From: the human T2T-CHM13v2.0 reference genome, Homo sapiens
NCBI RefSeq assembly: GCF_009914755.1
Contig: NC_060927.1
Reading direction: 5' to 3' (one strand)
DNA length: 64,000 bases
Under the pieces are notes generated by a model. It had not been told where the DNA came from. It saw nothing but the letters and a program-made list of their open reading frames with translations, and did no database searches. Both the position numbers and the translations under genes were made by a program. How positions within the stretch are numbered: the first letter of the stretch is position 1; the number at the start of each line of letters is the position of its first letter. This document shows, one piece after another, positions 54,612-64,000 of the stretch.

Positions 54612-56650
54612 ATTTCCCAACTCCAGGAATTTCTGCCGTAGAGGGCAAATATCTGTGGCTCTCCTGGCACCCCAATGCTCGCACCATGTTGAGGTGCAAG
54701 CAGGGGATAGCCCAGCACATCATCTCCGAGGAGGACGAGGGCGAGCAGCAGCCGCAGTGGCCAATCCCCAAGTTCGCAGACCCGGCCCCAGCGGCGCCGG
54801 CAGGAAAGCCGTGTGTCCCAGGGAATGAAGATGGAAGGAGTGAGGACGAAGGCCCTGTAAATCAGCTTCGAGGGGAGGAGACGCATGTCTATGAGAAACG
54901 CTGTGTGGAGTTCTTTGGCATCTCTGAATTCTTGGAACATAAGAAAAATTGCACTAAAAATCCACGTGTCCTCATCATGAATGACAGACAATGAGGGCCC
55001 GGTGCCTTCAGAAGACTTCCTCGAGTCTGTACTGAGCCACCAGCCACCCAGTCCAAGCAGGAAGTACGGCCACAGGGAGAATGGTGGCAGCCCAGGGCAC
55101 ATGAAGGAAAAGTCGGGTACTTAAAGACAGGCACCCCAGGACATAAGCTATACACCCAAAGGTAAAGTGGCCAACACTAAGGTGCCCCTGTGGGGACTGC
55201 AGGGTGGTGAGTCCACGGAGCCCGAGTGCCTGGCGCCAACAGGATCCCGTGGGTGCTCAAGCAGATCCTGTGCCTGCAGCAGCAGCTACGGCAGATCCAG
55301 CTCACCCAGCAGATCCGCGCCCAGGCGCACTGGTGGGCCTCGCACGCCCTCCACTAGCCGGACGGGGCCCCGCAACCCTGAAGACCTTGGGCGGCCACGT
55401 GTCCCACAGGTTTCAGCAGCAGTGGCTTTGCTCAGCGGGAAAGCTGGGAGCCAAGGTCTGTCTCTGGACGCTTTGAAACAGGCCAAGCTACCTCACACCG
55501 ACATCCCTTCTGCTGCCAGCTGTCTGTCCCCAGGGCTGACGCCCCTCATCCCACTCTGCAGCCGGATGGGAGAGGGCACTCCTGAACATCAGTCTCACCT
55601 CCCCAGCGCTGTGCGTCCTCGGGTCTGGGCCGGGTACTCTGCCAGCGGCCTTTCTCCGCAGTGGCATTAGACTACCCGGGAACGGGAAGGGGAAGCCGCC
55701 GGACATCTCCGAGGGAGGGCGGATGGGCAAACCCGAAGACGAGGCAGTCCTCGACAAGCATCATAAGTGTGGGACCAGGCGCTCTTCCACATTTATCCAA
55801 GCCCAGCCAACCCAGCTGACAAAGTCTGGGTTCTGGCACGTCAGTTGGACCATCAGCACCATCCCCAAGCAAGCCCTTTGTTAGTGCAGCCCTGCTGGGA
55901 GGCCCAGCCTATGGGAGTGTGGGAGGAACGCACCGCTAGCGCTCCTCAGATTCACGAGCAGGTGCACACTGCAAGAAGCCTGTTGTATGCAGCATTTATG
56001 GGCGAGCCTTTACCACCAAAGGCACCTTGAAGGTCCACTGTATGACACACGGGCGAACAGTCACTTGGCCTGCCATGGGAGGAAGCCATGGAGAATACCA
56101 TGGCTCTAATAGGTCCAAAGAGAAAAAGAGTATCGGAAATGTTTCCCCAGGAAATCCTGGCCCCTTAGGTGAGCGTGTACCTGCTGTGTGGAACCAGTAC
56201 ACCAGCATGCTCAACGGTGCTCTGGCCACAAAGACCAGTGAGACCTCTGTGGTCCAGAGTGGCCATGTTCCACTCTCCCGGTTTTCCCTGGGGGGCCAGC
56301 TCAGTCGTGAATAAGGCCACCATCTCCAAGAGGGATGGCTCCCAACGAGGCATCAGTGCTGACGTGGAAGAACCAGGTGCTACTGACCCATCCCAAACAC
56401 CGGTGTCCTCACTTCCTGGAAGAAAACAAGACTGTGGTCAGCTAAGGCATAGGAGAACTTGCATGGAAGGAGAAATGCAGAGTGAAATCTCTAGAATCTG
56501 CTTTAAAAAAAAAAAAAAAAAAAACTCCTCCTGTTTTATTGTTCTCATTGATAGGCAAATGTTTGCAAAGGTTGTGACTACAACCTCAGGCAAGTCCTGC
56601 AATCACAACTGTTGCTATGCTGCTTTACAAAAAAAATAAAAATAAAAAAA
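54612..56650 (+). pseudogene. SALL4P: Processed pseudogene of SALL4 (SALL4B isoform): 5'UTR from ~54612, CDS-homologous 54686-56445, then 3'UTR (may extend to ~57500)
   Basis: Translations match SALL4: MLRCKQGIAQHIISEEDEGEQQPQ (MSRRKQAKPQHINSEEDQGEQQPQ), EFFGISEFLEHKKNCTKNPRVLIMND, VSAAVALLSGKAGSQGLSLDALKQAKLPH, GRAFTTKGTLKVH, WNQYTSMLNGAL, HFLEENKTVVS-stop; no introns; multiple frameshifts and stop at 54992. Which numbered SALL4P locus this is cannot be determined from the sequence alone. Confidence 0.96.
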
Positions 56651-57004
56651 CAAATCACCCCCAAACACAGACTAGATTTTTTTTTTAATTTTGGAAAAAA
56701 GCAGGTCTTGCAAAGTAGCTTTATTACTTGTGACAAACTGTATACAGAGAACCTTTGTACAACCCAGAGTGACTTTTCCACAAACTGTTACCTACTTCAA
56801 GGTAGAACTGCTGAAACTTACTGAACAACAATGGAAAAGACAACTACTTAGCCTAGTTGAAGGAAAGGACGCTATATACTTCCATGGTAACTGAATGTGG
56901 GTAAAAGGACAAAGTCTGTCATCTATTCAGGAACCTGTTTTATATGCCCCCAACCCTGTCCCCATCTTGTTGGTTTTTTTTTTTTAAATATACTTAAAAA
57001 AACA

Positions 57005-57025
57005 ACACACACACACACACACACA
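57005..57025. repeat. (CA)n microsatellite
   Basis: About 10 units. Confidence 0.93.
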
Positions 57026-57984
57026 GGTTGTAGAATTATAAAATCGCTTCAGCCTTAGAACCTTAAGTAGGACACCCTCAAATGGACTTATGTTGGTCCT
57101 TAGGGAGTCAAGGTGTGTGTTGCTGTGACACTAGATTTTGGGGGAAGGGTTGTTTAGGAGCTAACACATACACATAAGGCTATTAAATTGGTTTGATTTG
57201 GTTTGGTTTTCTTACAAAAAAAATGGAATTAAAGCTAATGTGTACTTCACACTTTTAAACTTGCCACCGGAAATATTAAATACAAATCGTTTCAACGATG
57301 ATGTTTTATTTTTTTCCAAAGCCACCCAAAATGATAAGGAAATCTTTTTATATGTAAAGCACTGTACTTTTAGCTAATTTTCTAACACATAAGTTGTCTC
57401 TTTTTCTATAATCTTAAAACATATAATTTTGTGAAGGGGATACTCATTAGAAGTGGCAGTGCCTAGCAACTTTTTGCTCTGTTTGCTAAATTATCATGCA
57501 TAGGAAAAACAGTCTCTGCAGAGACTGTTCAATTCCCACTCCTAGATAAGTGATGGCCCAGAGTACTGAAGGCCCAGCCAGGAAGGACAGTGGATGCCAG
57601 ACACCGGGGTCTGGTATTAGAGATTAGTGATGAGCAAGTAGAGATCTCAGGCGGGGTGGCGTGCAGAACTGGGATGCTATCCAGCCCAAGCCACACACTT
57701 AAAGGAAGCCTCCAGGTGTACAGACAACAGGTTGGAGGCAGGGTCGATGCTTCAAAGCCAACACTGTGGGGAAAGACCCAAACTGAGTCCTGCACCAATG
57801 AATGAACAGCGTGGCAGTGACTTTATGGCATGAAATGGTTAAAGACATATTCAGGGAACGAGTCCCAAGATTTTCTCCCATCATTAAAAAGAAGGTATGT
57901 TTCTGCCAAATGCAGGGACTGTACCTTACTTTATAAAATCAAATGCTTCTATCATACCAAAAATAAACATAGTCAAGTCCAGGG

Positions 57985-58321
<337 letters not shown>

Positions 58322-58857
58322 TAAAGTCAAAGTTTGAAAGGACCCGAAAGCAAGGGAAAATCACATTTTTCCTAATTATCATAAGTTTGAGAGTTTCTTG
58401 TAACTTTTTCATTAGTCACTGATACACATAAAAATAAACTCTCTCTGAGCAAGATAACATCCATTCTGTTTTGATGTCAGAACATAGTAGAATTGGCAAT
58501 TATTGTTTAAGTTTGCATTAATTTCTTTCCTTATATATTTGTCTAGGTATGCCTCATTCTGAGAAGAACTGAAAGTGGCTTGTTCAAGTGAGCAAATAAA
58601 AAACTGTTTGCTTATCATCTTCCTGAACTACTTAGTTAAGATGCAGCATTGATGCATTTAAAAATACATTTGCATAAAATATATTTAAAATGTATTTTGA
58701 AATAATAAGAAGACAGTCACCTAAGTTAATGCTTTCATGGACACTACATATAATTATATGAGGGGTTACTTTCCACTTATACATTTAGAATGAAAATCAC
58801 ATAGCATAGGGAGTCAGGCAGCAGATTTCATTTGTGTACTTAAAAACCAGGTAAGTG

Positions 58858-59156
58858 GTCCAGGCGCGGTGGTTCACCCCTGTAATCCCAGCACTTTGGG
58901 AGGCTGAGGCAGGCGGATCACGAGGTCAGGAGATCGAGACCATCCTGGTTAACACGGTGAAACCCCGTCTCTACTAAAAATACAAAAAGTTAGCCTGGCA
59001 TGGTGGCGGGCGCCTGTAGTCCCAGCTACAGGCTGAGGCAGGAGAATGGCATGAACCTGGGAGGAGGAGCTTGCAGTGAGCTGAGATCGCGCCACTGCAC
59101 TCCAGCCTGGGTGACAGAGCGAGACTCCGTCTCAAAAAAAAAGCAAAAAAAAAAAC
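58858..59156 (+). mobile_element. AluY with 7-bp deletion in the right arm
   Basis: AluY diagnostics; 'agctacaggctgagg' lacks 7 nt; TSD ccaggtaagt (58847-58856 / 59159-59168). Confidence 0.96.
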
Positions 59157-60489
59157 ACCCAGGTAAGTCAATAGAAACAAAAGACCTATTCAAAAGTTCC
59201 CAGATTAACACACTATGTAAGAGTAAATTCAGGGATATAAATTATTTCATTGTTTTTCAGAAGTGTAAAATAAAAATGTTAGTGCTAGTAAGTATTGTGA
59301 ACTGTTTTTCATTTCAATTGCACATTTTTCCTTCTATGCTGTTTCTTGCTGTTCCATGCATATGCCACCCCACATTCAATGAGCAGCTAAGCATGTACTG
59401 TTCATGTAACAATGTTACAGCCAGCTTTAGGCTTCAATGATTGAACAGGCACTACTGCTCTCTCCTATCTCACTCATAGAAGACAGTTAAAGTACTCTAC
59501 AAATTCAAAATAATTACAAAAAGAAATGGATGAGCTTTTGAAAACAGAAATAACAAGGTAGTTGATTGTACTGTGCACATTCCCATATATGAGGCTATTT
59601 GAAAACCACAGATGTTACTTTTCATTCAAGGCTTTCTCCATGTTTTAAGGTCGAAACTTCATTCTGTTTTTAATTTATCAAAAGAGTATAGATTAAAAGT
59701 TTGAGACTTCATTTTTTATGTAAGAGCTAATTCTATTATAACATTACAATGATTATCTTTACCTGTATAACTTATGTAAGGAGGAAAAGATTACAAGTAT
59801 TTCCCCTGCTCCAATGCTTGAAAACTGCTTGAGATAATTGCAACCAGATTTGTGAGGTCATGGCCAGTTAGTAGCTGCTAATGCAAGGTTGAGGAGAAAA
59901 GCCGTCTTCTTTAAGAAACAAACAATTTTAAATAAAAGGTATTGTTCTCTACCAAAAAATTATAGCAGATGTAATTGCCTATAAAGAACATTAATAGTCT
60001 TAAGGTTTCAGATCAACAGTCCTTGGATCTGTTAAAGAATAACTCTCAAGATTACAGAAAAATATTTCCTCTTCTTTGTAAACATATATACTTTAGAAAG
60101 AAATTCAACTTTATGATGACAAGGTGAAAAATAATATTAACTTAAATATTATGATAAATGATATATATTTTTCTCTACCCTTTCTTATCCTCTCAAATAA
60201 AGTGCAATGAATAAATCAGTGCTTTGCATTTTCTAAAGTCCTATGTTAATGGTTCCTTTACTTAAAGAATTCTTTAAGTGACACTAAAATTATTTCAACT
60301 CTAATTTTAACCAAAGCAGAATGAAAGAATCTAGTACTTATAATAATTTATTTCTGCATTAGCAAAGATTTGTTTCATTAGTCATAAAAATTCAATTGAA
60401 AAGGGCATAAACAACCACTCTTATCTATTTTTGATGAGTGAATAAATTTGTATAATCTTTTGAAAAGGCAACTTGAATATATCAAGAGC

Positions 60490-61016
60490 CTGATACTAGT
60501 TATCTATTGTTACATTAAACATTATCCCAAAACAAAAGGCATTTGTTACTGTACAGTTTCAGTGGGTCAGGAATTTGGGAGCAGCTTAGCTGGGTGGTTT
60601 CAGCGTCTCTCATGAGACTGTAGTCAATATGTTGGCCAGGGTTGCATCCATTTAAAGGCTTGTCTGGCACTACAGGACCTGTTTCCACAAAGATGCACCT
60701 GTCTGGCTGTTGGACAGAGACCCTGGAGAAGGCTGCTGACAGAGGCCACCACGTGGATCTCTCCATAGAGTTGCTGGAGCATCCTCACACGTCAACTGTC
60801 TTCCCCAGAGTAAGTGTCCCAAGGGAAAACAAGGAAGCGACCACAGCCCTCTTATGACCTAGTCTCCAAAGTCACACACTATTATTAATACTTCTGCCAC
60901 AGTCTATTTGTTAGAAGTGAGACACTAAGTCCCTCTAACACTCAATAAGAGGTAAATTAAGAGACTTTTCTAGAAGGAAGAATTATCAAACAAATCCTAG
61001 ACCTACTTTAAAACCA
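60490..61016 (-). mobile_element. MLT1F-like LTR
   Basis: 'tgggtcaggaatttgggagcagcttagctgggtggtt...cttatgacctagtctccaaagtcacac'. Confidence 0.82.
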
Positions 61017-61024
61017 TTTCTATT

Positions 61025-61075
61025 AAAGCATTATGTGAAAAAAAGCATTATGTGAAAAAAAGCATTATATGAAAA
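61025..61075. repeat. Tandem repeat, 3 x 17 bp
   Basis: aaagcattatgtgaaaa x2 plus aaagcattatatgaaaa. Confidence 0.95.
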
Positions 61076-61810
61076 ACATACATGGAAAAAATATTTAAAA
61101 GAATATTAAAATGTTCAAATCAGTTGCCCTTGTGTGTTAGAATTGAGAGATAATATTGTCCTCTCTACTTTTCGATATTTCTATGCAAGGAAGCATCCTT
61201 CCCTCTCTTCCCAGCCTGAAGTATTCTTACTTGCACCTTGTATGCCATGTGCTTTTATTATGAGTACTATCTTTTATTCAAAAGTTTCCTAATATTTAAC
61301 AGAATTTATCCTTTCCATTTTAAAATTATCAAACTCTTGATTTTTTAAATTATAAAACTTCAGTCCAAAAGACACAGCACAACAAATACCCCTGTTCATT
61401 GCTGGTGGTGGGGAGAACTCCTACCCTCCACCCCACAAAGGATTGTGTCCCATTCACCAAAGTCCTTTTGGACTGCTGGAAGGAGACAAGACAGAGGCAG
61501 TGAAGGGCATTTGCAGGCCAGGCCTCTGATTATACCAAGGTGTACTGCTGATCCCAGAAAGTAATTCCTGGCCCCAGAGGTTGGAAGCAGGCCTCTGAGC
61601 CAATTCAGCTCCTGTGAACTCACACTGTCACTCCTATAGTTGCCTTCTTTATCCACCTGCCTGAAGACTTTCCAGAAAACAGATCCGCAAAAGATCATTG
61701 TCATGAATGGGATGCAGGGGTCTGATCAGTCAAACCCATTCTCCCTTTTCCACCGCTTTATATACAGCTTCCACCCACCCTGATCCATCCATGTTCCCAT
61801 CACAGACACT

Positions 61811-62275
61811 TGTAACAGACACTGTCTGTGCTGATCCCCTGGAATCCTCCTTACTAGTTCTGAGTGTCCATCCCCTCACTCCTGGGTGTTTTGTTTCTAA
61901 GGGCTTGGATCTGCAACTTGGTTCAGTGATTGCTTTTGAGCTACTGGACTACTTTGGCTACAAGCCCAGAGAGCTGAAAGTTCTTAGGATTTCACATCTA
62001 ATCCACTCTCCGCAATTGCACTTGCCTCCACAACACACACACACACACACACACAGCCATCCTTAGCCAATGACTGATAGAAGTGGGAACACAAAAGCCC
62101 AGCTCTTTTGTCTCAAGCCAGGGCAAACTGAAATATTACTCTTTCTTGGTGTGTTCTCTTATTCTGTCCTACTCCCCCAACACCCTTTCCATTTCTCCTG
62201 GGAGCTCTTCCTTAATAGGCCCTATGTACACATTCCTCCTTTCAGGGCTTGCCTCGGGGAACTCATGCAAACCCC
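61811..62275 (+). mobile_element. LTR16-family ERVL LTR with (CA)n, probably preceded by ERVL internal sequence (~61390-61725)
   Basis: 'tgtaacagacactgtctgtgc...cttagccaatgactga...ctgggagctcttccttaata'. Confidence 0.7.
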
Positions 62276-62439
62276 AATGACTAGAAGGAATTTAGTTGCC
62301 TGGAGACCAGGGATGTTAAAAGACTTCCAATGCAAAGTACATCCTATAAAACAAAGAATCATCCTACCCAAAATGGCCATAGCACCCTGACCAAGAAATT
62401 CATGGGCAGGGGAAGTGGGGGAGGGAAAGGGGAGGGGAG

Positions 62440-63030
62440 TGAAGAATGTTCAGTTAAGACCAAAACAAAATAAGTCCAAAGTTTGATTTGGTTAAGGAGG
62501 AGTCAGTTGATGATATTGACAGGGAGTGGCCAGAGCGAAAGAGGGAGAAACCAGGAAAGTGGGATGAATAGAAACCTAAAGTACATGTTTCAAAAAAGAA
62601 GAAGGTGTCAACAGTATGTGATGCCACTGAGATCACATAAGCAAGAACAGAGAACTGGCTACTGGGTTTGCTCACTGGAAGTCATTGGTGCCCTTGACAA
62701 ATGGAACTGCTGAGAAGCAGGGAGAGTGAAGTCAGATGAAAGTGGGTTCTACCCAGGTTTCAGAAGGCAAAATAAAGTGGGTTGAAGATTGAAAGGATAT
62801 AAAGGTAGAAGAGACAACTCATGTGTCTGCCCTTGGATAGGTGCAGAATAATGGGAGAGTGATTGGAAAGGAATGTGGGATAGAGAAAAATTTTAAAGAA
62901 CATGTTTATATAATGATAAAAAATAATCCAGTATTGAAAGAGCAATAGATGGTGCGTGAAAGAGAGGAGAGAACAAGGAGAACATAACTTGAGCTGGCAA
63001 AAAGAATTGAGATCTAGATCTCTGAAAAAT
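62440..63030 (-). mobile_element. L2 fragment
   Basis: 'ggagtggccagagcgaaagagggagaaaccaggaaagtg...ggaagtcattggtgcccttgac'. Confidence 0.75.
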
Positions 63031-63327
63031 TAGTTACCCTTCCCAAGGACCTAGTGTTTAATATCATAACGCCTCCCCAGCATCCCACTTCTGATCTTTC
63101 TGTAGGGGAAAGAAAATGCATCAATTTTTCATGAAGACCCACCCTCCCCAAACAACAGATTGAAAGACTTCCTGCTAAAACCACACACAAAAACCATAAT
63201 AATAACACACACACGTCCGCATATATTCAGTTTTCAAGCCCTATGTGGTCTTGAATAATAGGGCCAGCTGGGGAGTTCAACTTTGATTTTTACAAAGCAA
63301 ACTTTGCTCCTATGGCCTTCTGCGGCC

Positions 63328-63794
63328 TCTACGGTGGTACACTACTCAAATATTTCAAGAGAGAACCTGCTGCAAGGAAAGTAGTTAGCGGACCACCTTC
63401 AGCTGCTGCATCTTTGGGATCCATCCCAGTGTTCTCTCTGAGGCCACCCTCTTCCCAGGCTACTCCCGGCCAATGACTGAGATCAGCAGGGCTACTGGAG
63501 CTGGGAGATTCCTGCCCAACACAAGACTCCTCTAACTGGCAATCTTTGCACCAAAGCTCCCCATCAGGCTGGTCTAGACTTTCTCCAAACTGCATTGCAG
63601 TTTGAGGTTCTTCCACAAATCCTCCCAACTGCCTCCTCTCCTTTCACAGTGTCCAAACCTGTGGCATGGTCTAACTAGTTCTAACTATTTCTGTGACCTC
63701 TTCCCTTATATTTCACAGATATTTTCTACAACAAACCTCTTGTACTTCTAATTCTGTCTTGGTGTCTGCTTCCTGGAGGACAAAAACTGACACA
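63328..63794 (+). mobile_element. LTR33/LTR16-like ERVL LTR
   Basis: 'cccggccaatgactgag...cttggtgtctgcttcctggaggacaaaaactgacaca'. Confidence 0.75.
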
Positions 63795-64000
63795 AATCCC
63801 TTTTCCTTTGGAGATCCAAAGTGTGTCCCAAAACTGAGATCTTGTTAGCTTGCCAGCTTCAGTCTTGACTTTACATATATGGCATTTTTCAGCCAAAGAC
63901 TTGGCATCTGTAGAAATATTAAATCAAATTTTTATACTTTCAAGTAGATGATTAATAAATTGTTATTATTGATAGCTATGCTAGTTTTATAAATGATTGC

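Noticed and set aside
54578-56639. Many overlapping ORFs on both strands
   Set aside because: GC-rich, frameshifted SALL4 retrocopy; no intact SALL4 protein can be made
57886-57903. 'aagaaggtatgttt' as possible 3' TSD of the SALL4 retrocopy
   Set aside because: Only weakly similar to the 5' flank 'aagaagagatattt' and no preceding poly(A)

Overview
Primate (human-like) genomic DNA, AT-rich and dominated by interspersed repeats (AluJ/S/Y, L1PA/L1PB/L1M, L2, CR1/L3, MIR, MaLR/ERVL/ERV1 LTRs, hAT and mariner MITEs, microsatellites). I found no intact protein-coding gene or exon. The ORF track is explained by repeats, decayed L1 ORF2 and one retrocopy. The main feature is a processed pseudogene of SALL4 on the + strand (~54612 to at least 56650, CDS-homologous 54686-56445). 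It carries the short SALL4B splice junction, is frameshifted, has lost its NuRD-binding motif and zinc ligands, yet keeps a CpG-island-like core. Several unusual retrotransposition scars are directly readable: an L1PA with a 50-bp target-site duplication, an old twin-primed L1 missing ~1.5 kb, an antisense Alu whose poly(T) is replaced by poly(A), and a three-level LTR nest with TSDs. There is also a 3x51-bp tandem array inside an MLT1 LTR and two repeat-free motif clusters that may be enhancers. Repeat subfamily names come from my memory of consensus sequences and need RepeatMasker/Dfam confirmation. I see no evidence for a novel multi-gene system.
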